From: Candidatus Acidiferrales bacterium
Lineage (GTDB): Bacteria; Acidobacteriota; Terriglobia; Acidiferrales; UBA7541
Direction of reading: 5' to 3'
DNA: 64,000 bases
Assembly (NCBI GenBank): GCA_035280405.1
Contig: DATEFX010000048.1
Coordinates: 13,279-77,278 of the forward strand
Part shown: positions 8,684-20,079 of the stretch, piece after piece
Numbering within the stretch: position 1 is the first letter of the stretch
Layout of the letters: every line of letters starts with the position of its first letter
The notes under the pieces: model-generated
What the model was told of the DNA's origin: nothing
Databases searched by the model: none
Seen by the model: the letters and a program-made list of their open reading frames with translations, nothing else
Program-made: the position numbers and the translations under genes

Positions 8684-8713
8684 GGCTGATTCGGAATTGC
8701 CCTGGGAGGCAGC

Positions 8714-9025
8714 ATGTACGCCGTGATTCGCAGCGGAGGGAAGCAGTACCGGGTCGCCCCGGGCGAGACCGTCCGCGTGGAAAAGCTGGAAGGAAAGGTC
8801 GGAGGCAAGGTGACCTTCGAGGAAGTGCTCGCCGTACACGACGAGAAGAAGCTGGTGGCGGGCGCGGAAGCGTCGAAAGCCAAAGTGACGGGCAAGATCG
8901 TCGAGCACGGGCGCGGGACGAAGCATCTGGTGATGAAGTACAAGACGGGCGGGCAGTACAAAATCACGCGAGGCCACCGACAGAGCTACACGGCCGTCGA
9001 GGTCAGCGACATCAAGATTGAGTAG
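8714..9025 (+). CDS. rplU: 50S ribosomal protein L21
   Basis: [27 protein letters not shown]...[34 protein letters not shown] is canonical L21. Confidence 0.95.
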   Translation: MYAVIRSGGKQYRVAPGETVRVEKLEGKVGGKVTFEEVLAVHDEKKLVAGAEASKAKVTGKIVEHGRGTKHLVMKYKTGGQYKITRGHRQSYTAVEVSDIKIE

Positions 9026-9033
9026 AGGTCAGC

Positions 9034-9330
9034 ATGGCACATAAAAAAGGCGGCGGATCTTCAGTCAACGGACGGGATTCCCACGGGCAGCGGCTCGGGG
9101 TGAAGCGGTTCGCGGGGCAACTCGTGAACGGCGGGAGCATCCTGGTGAGGCAGCGGGGGACGAAGTACAAGGCCGGGCGGAACGTCGGGCAGGCGAAGGA
9201 CGACACGCTGTTCGCGAAAATTACCGGCATCGTGCGCTTCGAGGACAAGGGCGGCCGGGGCCGGTTCATCAGCGTCCTGCCAGCCGAGGAAGCGGCGGCC
9301 GCGGCGAGCGGAAAAGAGTCCGCTGCGTAG
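9034..9330 (+). CDS. rpmA: 50S ribosomal protein L27
   Basis: [48 protein letters not shown] is canonical L27. Confidence 0.95.
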   Translation: MAHKKGGGSSVNGRDSHGQRLGVKRFAGQLVNGGSILVRQRGTKYKAGRNVGQAKDDTLFAKITGIVRFEDKGGRGRFISVLPAEEAAAAASGKESAA

Positions 9331-9480
9331 GATTTTCCGCGCGAAGGCCGCAGGTCGCGGCGCGATTCTTGGAAATTCTCTCCATCCTTTCAGCAGTAAA
9401 TTCGAGACAAGAGGAAATTTTGCGGCCTGGTGTTTCGCCACTTTGTTTTTCTCGACAGAGCTGGCGTATGCTCTCTTTGA

Positions 9481-11290
<1,810 letters not shown>

Positions 11291-11294
<4 letters not shown>

Positions 11295-11680
11295 ACCTGG
11301 ACTCGTTACCTAATGCAATCCGCTGGGCGATCGAAGCGGCCCAGGACAAGAAAGCGGCGGCGGTGACCGTGCTTGGACTCGACGGCCTGGGCGCGTTCGC
11401 CGATTACTTCTTGATATGCTCCGCGGAGAGTTCGCGGCAAATCGAGGCGATCGGCGAGGCGATTGACGAGAAGCTCGGGCGGCACGGAATGAGATTTCGG
11501 CACCGCGAAGGGCGCGCCGGTACGGAATGGCTGTTGCTCGACTACGGGAGATTCGTAGTGCACGTGTTCAGTGTGAAGGCGCGGCTGTTCTATGACATCG
11601 AGCGGCTGTGGCGTTCGGCGAAGCGCGTGGAGATCGCGGAGCCGGGCGCTTCGACGGCGCGCGGGGCAGACGCGCGATGA
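11291..11680 (+). CDS. rsfS: Ribosome silencing factor RsfS (Iojap)
   Basis: GTG start; AVTVLGLDGLGAFADYFLICSAESSRQIEAIGEAIDEKL...WLLLDYGRFVVHVF matches RsfS. Confidence 0.9.
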
Positions 11681-12627
11681 ATGAGACGCGCGTGGAGTGG
11701 ATTGCCGCGGACCCGGCGTCGGGGCGCGTGCTGGAAATTGCGCGCAAGGTCGCGGACACGACGACGACCGTGCTGATTACGGGAGAAAGCGGGACTGGGA
11801 AGGACCAACTCGCGCGATGGATTCACGAAGCGGGGCCAAGGCGCGACGCGCCATTTCTGAAGATCGATTGCGCGAGCCTGCCGGCGGAGCTGGTGGAGTC
11901 GGAGCTTTTCGGGCACGAACGCGGCGCGTTCACGGGCGCGGAAGCGCGCAAGCCCGGACGGCTGGAAATGGCGCAGGAAGGAACGATTGTCCTCGATGAA
12001 GTGGCTGCGCTGGCATCGGGGGTGCAGGCAAAACTGCTCCGCGTGCTGGAAGAGAGGAAATTCGAGCGGCTGGGCGGAAATCAGACGCTGGAGATGGATT
12101 CGCGGCTGATTGCGCTGACAAACACGAACCTGGAATTGGCTGTTGCGGGAGGGAGGTTCCGCGAGGATTTGTATTTCCGGCTGAATGTGCTCGTGATTTC
12201 GGTGCCGCCGCTGCGAGAACGTCCACGCGATGTTGCACCGCTGGCGGAATATTGGCTGGCGCGGCTGGCGGCGATTCATGGGCGCGCGGGCGCGCAGATC
12301 GACTCTGCGGCAATGCGCGCGCTGGAAGGATATGCCTGGCCGGGCAACGTGCGCGAACTCAAGAACGCGATCGAACACGCGTTGATATTCGGCGACAAGG
12401 CGGGGAAGGACGGGACGCTCCGCAAGGAGGATTTTCCGTCGGTCGTTCAATTCGCGGAGCCGGGAACCGTGAGCGGCGCGAAGGCCCGTTCGCTGGAGGA
12501 CATGGAAAAGGAAGCCGTCGTCGCGGCGCTCGAGGCATCGCACTACAAGATTGCGAAGGCGGCGGAGACGTTGGGAATCAGCCGGAAGACACTGCTCGAA
12601 AAACGGAAGAAGTTTGGGCTGGTCTGA
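11677..12627 (+). CDS. Sigma54-interacting transcriptional activator lacking an N-terminal sensory domain
   Basis: Walker A GESGTGKD, GAFTGA motif (sigma54 contact), arginine finger region, C-terminal Fis-type helix-turn-helix (KIAKAAETLGISRKTLLEKRKKFGL); ATG overlaps the rsfS stop as ATGA; only ~20 aa precede the AAA+ core. Confidence 0.85.
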   Translation: MNETRVEWIAADPASGRVLEIARKVADTTTTVLITGESGTGKDQLARWIHEAGPRRDAPFLKIDCASLPAELVESELFGHERGAFTGAEARKPGRLEMAQEGTIVLDEVAALASGVQAKLLRVLEERKFERLGGNQTLEMDSRLIALTNTNLELAVAGGRFREDLYFRLNVLVISVPPLRERPRDVAPLAEYWLARLAAIHGRAGAQIDSAAMRALEGYAWPGNVRELKNAIEHALIFGDKAGKDGTLRKEDFPSVVQFAEPGTVSGAKARSLEDMEKEAVVAALEASHYKIAKAAETLGISRKTLLEKRKKFGLV

Positions 12628-12639
12628 CTCACCCCCTCG

Positions 12640-13071
12640 ATGAAACTCCGATTGATTTTACTGGGAAAAACGAAGCGCGCGGAGATTGGCGCGCTGGTGG
12701 ATGATTATGTGGCGCGTATCCGGCATTTCGCCCAGGTTGAGATTACAGAAGTGCGCGAGGGGAGCGAAGCGACACTGAAGAAGCTTAAAATCGAGCCGGG
12801 CGCGATGACGGTGCTGCTCGATGCCGCGGGCAAGCAATTCACCTCGGCGGAATTTGCCCGCTGGCTGGGCGACTTGCGCGACCGGGGGACGAGGGAGCTG
12901 GTGTTTCTCTGCGGCGGCGCGGAGGGTTTTCCGGAGACTCTGCGGCGCGAGGCGAAACACAAACTTTCACTCTCGACGCTGACGATGCCGCACGAGTTCG
13001 CACGCGTCGTGCTCGCGGAGCAGATTTACCGCGCATTTGCGATTCTGGCCGGCCACCCATATCCGAAATGA
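12640..13071 (+). CDS. rlmH: 23S rRNA (pseudouridine1915-N3)-methyltransferase
   Basis: 143 aa SPOUT family: MKLRLILLGKTK...ELVFLCGGAEGF...HEFARVVLAEQIYRA. Confidence 0.9.
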   Translation: MKLRLILLGKTKRAEIGALVDDYVARIRHFAQVEITEVREGSEATLKKLKIEPGAMTVLLDAAGKQFTSAEFARWLGDLRDRGTRELVFLCGGAEGFPETLRREAKHKLSLSTLTMPHEFARVVLAEQIYRAFAILAGHPYPK

Positions 13072-13094
13072 CGCGCGTGGTATAACGGGAGTCA

Positions 13095-13472
13095 ATGGGA
13101 ATCAAGATCAGTCACGATGCGAATGCCCCGACGGCGTCGGTGGAGCTGATGATCACGCGGCCACTGGAGGATTTCGATTTGCTTGAAGTGGAGGCGCCGG
13201 TGCCGCGCGACGTGGACCCCATGCTGGCTTCGCAGGGATTCAAGGACCTGCTGGACGAGGCACGGGCCATTCTGGAGCGCGAATTCAAGGGCAATGGCCT
13301 GGAAATCGCACAGCTCACGGGCGCGATATGTCATGACCGCAACTTGCACAGGCCAGGGATCTGGCTCGTCGTACGCGAGGCAAATGCGCCGGGGAAGGAG
13401 ATGTCTCCGGCAGCGCGAACGCGAGTGGCTGGGGCGGCGGAAGCGGTGCGCGCTGAGTTAGACCTCTCCTGA
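13095..13472 (+). CDS. Hypothetical protein
   Basis: 125-aa ORF with high GC at third codon positions, consistent with surrounding genes; no motif recognised. Confidence 0.5.
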   Translation: MGIKISHDANAPTASVELMITRPLEDFDLLEVEAPVPRDVDPMLASQGFKDLLDEARAILEREFKGNGLEIAQLTGAICHDRNLHRPGIWLVVREANAPGKEMSPAARTRVAGAAEAVRAELDLS

Positions 13473-13609
13473 TTTTCCATCAAACACTTTCTTGAATATT
13501 GGCCCTGCGTAGGCGAAGAGCCTGTGCCACCTCGTCGTCCTATCAGCGCGAATGCTTGACGTTTGCGGCGGCAGCGGCGAGACTGTTTTATCGTTCGCAG
13601 AGGGTGGGA

Positions 13610-14146
13610 ATGCCGGAGGGAAGAGGTCTGCTGATCGTCTACACGGGCCCCGGCAAGGGCAAGACGACGTGCGCGCTGGGGACGGCCTTTCGGGCCGTGG
13701 GGCAGGGGTTGCGCGTGCTGATGGTGCAGTTCATCAAGGGCTCGTGGCACTACGGCGAACTGGACGCGGCGAAGATGCTTGGCGACGACAAATTCGAAAT
13801 CCGGCCGATGGGGCGCGGGTTCATAAAGATCGGCGGCGCGGAAACGGACCCGGAAGATGTCCGGATGTGCGAGGAGTGCTGGAATTTCGGGCGGGAGCAG
13901 ATTTACAGCGGGAAATACGATCTAGTGATCCTGGACGAGATCAATTACGTGATCAGCTACAAGATTCTGGACCCGGAGAAGGTGGCGGAGGCGCTGGCGA
14001 ATCGTCCGGAGCAGGTGCACGTGATCTGCACGGGGAGGAACGCGCATCCGAAGCTCGTGGAAATGGCGGATCTGGTGACCGAGATGCGGGAAGTGAAGCA
14101 TCCATATACGAAAGGGATACTGGCGCAGCGCGGGGTTGATTACTAG
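13610..14146 (+). CDS. cobO: Cob(I)yrinic acid a,c-diamide adenosyltransferase (CobA/CobO/BtuR type)
   Basis: LLIVYTGPGKGKTTCALGTAFRAVGQGLRVLMVQFIKG P-loop and family signature; start taken at MPEGRG inside the longer track ORF. Confidence 0.85.
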   Translation: MPEGRGLLIVYTGPGKGKTTCALGTAFRAVGQGLRVLMVQFIKGSWHYGELDAAKMLGDDKFEIRPMGRGFIKIGGAETDPEDVRMCEECWNFGREQIYSGKYDLVILDEINYVISYKILDPEKVAEALANRPEQVHVICTGRNAHPKLVEMADLVTEMREVKHPYTKGILAQRGVDY

Positions 14147-14175
14147 AAACTTGCGCCGCTGACTTGCGGACGAAC

Positions 14176-15024
14176 ATGGCCTGGTTCAAAAAAGACAATA
14201 AGCCGACAGAAGCGCCGCCGAGCGAAGAACGGCGGGTGAAGACCGAAGGCCTGTGGACGAAGTGCGAGGGCTGCCGCGCGATTATCTGGAAGAAAGACCT
14301 TGAGGCGAATTGGGAAGTCTGCCCCAAGTGCGAGAAACATTTCCGGCTGAATTCGCGACGACGGCTGGAGTTGCTGCTCGATGATGCGCAGTGGACGGAG
14401 CGCGACGCGGATCTGGCTTCGACAGACCCGCTGAAATTCACCGATACGAAGCCTTACGCGCAGCGGCTGCACGAGGCGCAAAAAAAGCTCGGGATGAACG
14501 ACGCGATTTTGAGCGTGGAAGGCAAATTGAACGGGCGGCCGGTGAACTGCTGCGCGATGGAGTTTGCGTTCAGCGGCGGTTCGATGGGCGCGGTGGTCGG
14601 CGAGAAAGTGACGCGAGCGGCGGAGCGCAGCGCGGAAAGAAAAGTGCCGCTGATTATCGTTTCGTGCTCGGGCGGCGCGCGAATGCAGGAAGGCGCAGTG
14701 AGTCTGATGCAGCTCGCGAAAGTGTCGGCGGCGCTGGCGCGGCTGGATGAGGCGCGCGTGCCGTACATTTCCGTGCTGACGGACCCGACGACGGGCGGCG
14801 TGACGGCGAGTTTCGCGATGCTGGGCGATTTGAATGTCGCGGAGCCTGGCGCGCTGATCGGGTTCGCCGGGCCGCGCGTGATCGAGCAGACGATCCGGCA
14901 GAAATTGCCGGAGGGTTTTCAGACCGCGGAATTTTTGCTCCAGCACGGCTTTCTCGACGCCATCGTAGCGCGGAAAGACATGAAGAATTACATCGGGCGC
15001 GCACTGGATTTCCTCGCAGGATGA
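14176..15024 (+). CDS. accD: Acetyl-CoA carboxylase carboxyltransferase beta subunit
   Basis: N-terminal Zn ribbon CEGCRAI...CPKCEKH, then carboxyltransferase core FSGGSMGAVVGEKV. Confidence 0.95.
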   Translation: MAWFKKDNKPTEAPPSEERRVKTEGLWTKCEGCRAIIWKKDLEANWEVCPKCEKHFRLNSRRRLELLLDDAQWTERDADLASTDPLKFTDTKPYAQRLHEAQKKLGMNDAILSVEGKLNGRPVNCCAMEFAFSGGSMGAVVGEKVTRAAERSAERKVPLIIVSCSGGARMQEGAVSLMQLAKVSAALARLDEARVPYISVLTDPTTGGVTASFAMLGDLNVAEPGALIGFAGPRVIEQTIRQKLPEGFQTAEFLLQHGFLDAIVARKDMKNYIGRALDFLAG

Positions 15025-15025
15025 A

Positions 15026-16414
15026 ATGAACTACGAAGAAGCGGTCGCGTCTCTGCTGGCGCTGGGGAAGGAGCTCGCGGCTCCTCGCCAGCCGGAGCGG
15101 ACCGATGCGCCGGGCGCGCGAGTGCGCAAGTTCGACCTTGAAAACATCCGCGTACTGGCCGCGCACCTTGGCGCGCCGCATCGCGCCGTTCCGTGCGCGC
15201 ACATCGCGGGAACAAACGGCAAAGGCTCGACAGCAGCGATGCTCGAATCGATTTTACGCGCCGCCGGGCTTTCGACCGGCCTATTCACTTCGCCTCATCT
15301 GGAACGAATCAACGAGAGAATTCAATTCAACGGCGAGCCGATAGCGGACGCGGAGTTCGCCGAGGACTTCTCGCGCGTGCAAGCGATGATTGAGAAGCTG
15401 CTGGCATCGGGAGAACTGGCGGCGCATCCGACGTATTTCGAGTGCGTCACGGCGATGGCATTTGATGCGTTTGCGCGGAGGCCGGTGGACTTCGCGGTGT
15501 ATGAGGTCGGGATGGGAGGCCGGCTGGATTCGACGAACATCGTCCAGCCGGAAGTCGCAGTGATTACGCAGATTGATTTCGACCACGAAAATTACCTTGG
15601 CCATTCGATCGCGCAAATCGCCGCAGAAAAGGCCGGGATCATCAAGCCCGGAGGATGGGTGGTGAGTTCGGCGGAGAGGCCGGAGGCGCGGGCCGTGATT
15701 GCGCGACGAGCGGCGGAGATGGATGGCAAGGTCGTGGAGATTGATACGGCGTGGCGCGTAGAGAAGACGGAATCGTCGGCGGGTTGCTATCGCGTTGCGG
15801 CGACGCCTGCGAATTCGAGCAGGGCGCTGACGTTCAATATCCCGCTGCCGGGGAGATTTCAAGTTCGCAACGCGATGGCGGCGGCGACTGCGGCAAGGCT
15901 GCTCGCGTCGCGCGGATTTCCGGTCAGCGATGAGGCGATCTGCAGGGGGATTGAGAGCACGCGCTGGCCGGGGAGATTGGAGAAGCTCGAGGAGCGGCCC
16001 GAGGTGTATCTGGATGGGACGCATAATCCGTCGGGTGCGCGGGAGCTGGTAGCTTTCTGGGAAGAGCACATGCGCGGGCGCAGAATCTGGCTGATCTACG
16101 GCGCGATGCGGGACAAGGCTGTCGACGAGATCGCGGGCTTGCTTTTTCCGCGAGCGCACGAAGTCATTCTGACGGAGCCGCGGCAGTCGCGGGCGATTTC
16201 AGCGAATTTGCTTCATGAGATGACTTCGCATCTGGCACGGAGCGCGCGGATCATCGGTAATCCTGCGGAAGCGCTGGATTGGGCCGTGTCAACCGCAAAA
16301 CCTGACGACGCGGTGTTCGCTACGGGCTCGCTGTATTTGGTCGGGGATTTGAGGCGGCACTGGTTCCGCAGGCACGAAAATCCGACTGCCGTAGTCATTC
16401 GTGGAAATCGGTAA
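15026..16414 (+). CDS. folC: Bifunctional folylpolyglutamate synthase / dihydrofolate synthase
   Basis: HIAGTNGKGST P-loop, Mur ligase family architecture; immediately follows accD, the conserved accD-folC arrangement. Confidence 0.9.
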   Translation: MNYEEAVASLLALGKELAAPRQPERTDAPGARVRKFDLENIRVLAAHLGAPHRAVPCAHIAGTNGKGSTAAMLESILRAAGLSTGLFTSPHLERINERIQFNGEPIADAEFAEDFSRVQAMIEKLLASGELAAHPTYFECVTAMAFDAFARRPVDFAVYEVGMGGRLDSTNIVQPEVAVITQIDFDHENYLGHSIAQIAAEKAGIIKPGGWVVSSAERPEARAVIARRAAEMDGKVVEIDTAWRVEKTESSAGCYRVAATPANSSRALTFNIPLPGRFQVRNAMAAATAARLLASRGFPVSDEAICRGIESTRWPGRLEKLEERPEVYLDGTHNPSGARELVAFWEEHMRGRRIWLIYGAMRDKAVDEIAGLLFPRAHEVILTEPRQSRAISANLLHEMTSHLARSARIIGNPAEALDWAVSTAKPDDAVFATGSLYLVGDLRRHWFRRHENPTAVVIRGNR

Positions 16415-16682
16415 GATCGCGAGATTTCAAGAGGCCGATACAGGCGAATTGCGCGGAATTGGAATCTGCTCTCCGGCGCGAGCGGTGTCCGGATTCGCAA
16501 ACGGATTCCAAGATTCCCATTGACGAACGAACAATCCCATCCTCGAACACATTCTGCTGACGAAGCCCCGCCTAAACCTACAAGAAACTGTATCTCAAGC
16601 ACTTAGGCAAAAGAATTTATCTCCGAGATGGCAACCACTGTGCGACTCGCGCGTCTAAGAGTTCAGAGAGTAGGAGTCATCC

Positions 16683-17252
16683 ATGTCCAACGAAACGCGC
16701 GCGAAGGGGCTGGAAGTGTTTGGCCGCGGGCCGGCGTTGCTCACGGAAGTGCTGCGGAAATGCCCGCGAAAGATGTGGCTCTACCGCCCGTCGCACGACC
16801 GCTGGAGCATCCACGAGATTATTCTTCACCTCGCGGACAGCGAGGCCGAAGGATACATTCGCTGCCGGCAATTCATAGCTGAACCCGGGTCGGCGGCGCA
16901 GGCCTACGACGCCGCGACGTGGGCGTCGTCGCTCGGATACTTCCATCAGAGTACGAAGGAAGCGCTGGGGCTGATTTTGCGCCTGCGGCGCATGACGCAT
17001 AGAATCCTGCTCTACATTCCCGAGCAGGTCTGGTCCCACTCGGTGCGGCACCCCAAGAAGGGCGCGCTGTCGCTGGACGAATGGCTGCAGATCCAAGCCA
17101 AGCATATCCCTCACCACATCGAACAGATCAAGCAAAACCACATACTCTGGGCGCAGACGCATCCGCCGCGTAAGCCGGCGACGCGAATCAGCCGGGCGAC
17201 AGCGCAGCCAGTGATTGCGCCTCTCACGCAGGCGCCTGAATTCGCGGACTAG
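16683..17252 (+). CDS. DinB/YfiT-like putative metal-dependent hydrolase (DinB_2 family)
   Basis: 189 aa with His positions typical of the DinB_2 four-helix bundle (WSIHEIILHLADSE...HIPHHIEQI). Confidence 0.55.
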   Translation: MSNETRAKGLEVFGRGPALLTEVLRKCPRKMWLYRPSHDRWSIHEIILHLADSEAEGYIRCRQFIAEPGSAAQAYDAATWASSLGYFHQSTKEALGLILRLRRMTHRILLYIPEQVWSHSVRHPKKGALSLDEWLQIQAKHIPHHIEQIKQNHILWAQTHPPRKPATRISRATAQPVIAPLTQAPEFAD

Positions 17253-17339
17253 TTCGGCAAAAATTCCAATTCATGGCTGCTCTCTTGAGAGCGTAGGGAT
17301 CTCCCACCGATTTCGCGTTACGACGCGTTAAGATGGCCT

Positions 17340-18104
17340 GTGGAGTGCTCTCCTGAAAAGCAGAAGGCTTACGACGCAGGCGGCCCCGCTGGCGCGCCAG
17401 CAATCGTGTTCTTGCACGGGATTCGCGTGACGCGGCTGATGTGGAAGCCGCAAGTCGAGCAGCTAAGAAACGAATTTCGCGTGATTGCGCTTGATTTGCC
17501 CGGACACGGCGCGCAGCGCGACACGGAGTTCAGCCTTGACGGCGCAGTGGAATGCGTCGCAGGCGTAATTGACCTCGAGGCGCGAGGGCGAGCGCTGGTG
17601 GTGGGGCTGTCGCTCGGCGGCTACATCGCGATGGAGTTTGGCGCGCAGCAGCCGGCCAAGGCCGCGGGCCTGGTCGTCGCGAGCGCATGCGTCGAGCCTT
17701 CGGGCTGGTACAACGTACCTTATAGATGCCTTGCGTGGATGCTGGAAAACTTACCGGAAAATTGGATGGCCACGGCGAATCGCTCGCTTTTTCAGCTAAT
17801 GTATCAGAAGGAAATCAGCCAGTTGCTGATTGGGCCGGGCTTTTTCATGCGCGGGGGTTCGCAAGCGCTGCGCCAGCTGTTCGAGCGAAAATTTCAGCAC
17901 AGGCTGGCTGAGTACCCCGGGCCGGTGCTGCTGCTGAACGGCGAGTACGATTTAGGTTTTCGTTTGCACGAACGCAGGTTTCTCGCGGCAACTCAGCACG
18001 GCCGCGTCCAGACGATTCCAAGGGCAATTCATATTGCGAATCTGGATCAGCCGGAGGCGTTCACGGAGGCGATTCGGAGTTTCGCGAGGTCCATTTCCTG
18101 GTGA
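17340..18104 (+). CDS. Alpha/beta-fold hydrolase
   Basis: AIVFLHGIRVT...LVVGLSLGGYIAME (GxSxG nucleophile elbow); GTG start. Confidence 0.75.
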   Translation: MECSPEKQKAYDAGGPAGAPAIVFLHGIRVTRLMWKPQVEQLRNEFRVIALDLPGHGAQRDTEFSLDGAVECVAGVIDLEARGRALVVGLSLGGYIAMEFGAQQPAKAAGLVVASACVEPSGWYNVPYRCLAWMLENLPENWMATANRSLFQLMYQKEISQLLIGPGFFMRGGSQALRQLFERKFQHRLAEYPGPVLLLNGEYDLGFRLHERRFLAATQHGRVQTIPRAIHIANLDQPEAFTEAIRSFARSISW

Positions 18105-18320
18105 TTCTTCACGCATTTTGGGCGTCCTCTGCAGATACGCTCCTGCCTTGCCCTGATGGTTACGTGGGGAAATGTGCCCGCTCTTCAAATTTGCCTTCGG
18201 GTTTGTATAGATTATGAGCCGCCTTCTTGCGGGCCATGGGCGTTCTTTCGGCAAAATTTCACATTCGATTTTTCGTACCTCGCATCTAAATTCCTGTACG
18301 CATCGGAAGCGCGAAATCGT

Positions 18321-19310
18321 ATGATTCATTCTTGGGGGCTTGCTGGCATGAAGGACGATAAATCCGCAGATCTCACGTATGCCGACGTGACGCCCAAGGG
18401 CGCTTACCTGAATCGCCGCAATTTTCTATTCGGCGCGATGGCGACGTACGGCGCCGTGCGCGGATGGAAGAAATTCTCGAATCTGATGTCCGGTCCGGCT
18501 AAAGGCTCTGTTCCTGTGCCGTTGCAGAACGTGAAAAAATGGCCCGGCAGCACGACGGAAAAAATCACGCCCATCGGCGACACGACCAATTACAACAATT
18601 TTTACGAATTTGGCACTGACAAAGGCGACCCCGCGCAAAACGCCAGGAATTTTGTGACCTCGCCATGGACTGTATCCGTGGAAGGCGAGGTCAAGAAGCC
18701 GCGCAAGTTTTCGATGGACGAAATCATGAAACTCGCGCCGCTCGAGGAGCGCATTTACCGTCATCGCTGCGTCGAGGGATGGTCCATCGTCGTGCCGTGG
18801 ATCGGATACTCATTCAGTGTCCTCGCAAATCTTGTCGAGCCGACGCCGAAGGCGAAATTCGTCGCGTTCCAGAGCTATTACGACACGCGCCAGATGCCGC
18901 TCGGACCCGAAGCAGGCATCGAACTGCCGTACCTCGAAGGACTGCGGCTCGATGAAGCCATGCATCCACTGACGCTGCTGACCGTCGGCATGTACGGCGA
19001 AACGCTGCCGAACCAGGATGGCGCGCCGGTGCGCATGGTCATCCCGTGGAAATACGGCTTCAAGAGCATCAAGTCGCTCGTGAAGATCCGTTTTGTGAAG
19101 GATCAGCCACCGACCACCTGGAACATCGAAAATTCGCACGAATACGGCTTTTATTCCAACGTGAACCCCGAAGTGGATCATCCCCGCTGGAGCCAGAAGA
19201 CGGAGCGCCGGCTTGGTGAATTCTTCCGCCGTCCGACGCTGATGTTCAACGGCTACGGCGATCAAGTCGCGAGCATGTACGCCGGCATGGACCTGCGCAA
19301 GTATTTCTGA
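18321..19310 (+). CDS. msrP: Protein-methionine-sulfoxide reductase catalytic subunit MsrP (YedY)
   Basis: Twin-arginine signal RRNFLFGAMA; Mo-cofactor sulfite-oxidase fold motifs HRCVEGWS, VRMVIPWKYGFKSIKSL; alternative start at 18348. Confidence 0.9.
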   Translation: MIHSWGLAGMKDDKSADLTYADVTPKGAYLNRRNFLFGAMATYGAVRGWKKFSNLMSGPAKGSVPVPLQNVKKWPGSTTEKITPIGDTTNYNNFYEFGTDKGDPAQNARNFVTSPWTVSVEGEVKKPRKFSMDEIMKLAPLEERIYRHRCVEGWSIVVPWIGYSFSVLANLVEPTPKAKFVAFQSYYDTRQMPLGPEAGIELPYLEGLRLDEAMHPLTLLTVGMYGETLPNQDGAPVRMVIPWKYGFKSIKSLVKIRFVKDQPPTTWNIENSHEYGFYSNVNPEVDHPRWSQKTERRLGEFFRRPTLMFNGYGDQVASMYAGMDLRKYF

Positions 19311-19312
19311 TC

Positions 19313-19978
19313 GTGCGCGCCTTCATCAATTCCATCCTGCTGAACAAGTGGACGAAGGTGGTCGTATTTCTGCTGTGCCTCATTCCGTTCGACGTGCTGC
19401 TCTGGCGCACCCATCAGCAAGACCTGAGCGCAAATCCAATCACGTTTGTCGAGCACTGGTTCGGCGATTGGACGATGCGCTTCCTTCTCATCACGCTCTC
19501 GATCACGCCCTTGCGCAGACTTCTCCGGCTTCCGCTCCTGATTCGCTTTCGTCGCATGCTTGGCCTCTTCGCGTTCTTTTACGTCTGCATGCACTTCTGC
19601 TCGTGGTTCATTCTCGATCATTTTTTCAATCTTCCGGACATGTGGGCCGACGTCCTCAAGCGCCGTTTCATCACGGTCGGATTCGCGGGATTTGTACTAT
19701 TGATGCCTCTTGCCATCACTTCGACCGCGGGCTGGATTCGGCGGCTCGGCGGCAAACGCTGGCAGTTGCTCCATCGCGCGATTTATATCGCCGCAATATG
19801 CGGCGTGATCCACTACTACTGGCTCGTGAAATCCGACGAGCGCAAGCCGCTGCAATATGCCGCAATTCTTGCAGTGCTTCTGATTTGGCGATTGGGCACC
19901 TGGCTTTATGGCCGGACAAAGCGTGCGGCTCTGCGCCCGCCAGTGAATCCGGAACCCACGACCGCCGAATCCGCTTAA
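19313..19978 (+). CDS. msrQ: MsrQ (YedZ) heme-binding membrane subunit
   Basis: Polytopic membrane protein immediately after msrP with His-containing transmembrane helices; GTG start 2 nt after the msrP stop. Confidence 0.85.
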   Translation: MRAFINSILLNKWTKVVVFLLCLIPFDVLLWRTHQQDLSANPITFVEHWFGDWTMRFLLITLSITPLRRLLRLPLLIRFRRMLGLFAFFYVCMHFCSWFILDHFFNLPDMWADVLKRRFITVGFAGFVLLMPLAITSTAGWIRRLGGKRWQLLHRAIYIAAICGVIHYYWLVKSDERKPLQYAAILAVLLIWRLGTWLYGRTKRAALRPPVNPEPTTAESA

Positions 19979-20079
19979 CATTTCTTCCCCACTTCTTCGC
20001 TTGTCACATTTGCGGCAATGTCATTTCGGTGTATTCACTTCGCTCCCTTCCCGTTGTAAGCTTCCGCGCCTTGGGAGGA

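Noticed and set aside
19348-20079. Upstream 244 codons of the 1333-aa track ORF
   Set aside because: This part overlaps msrQ in another frame, and a GGAGG-preceded ATG at 20080 gives a proper signal peptide for the BNR protein.
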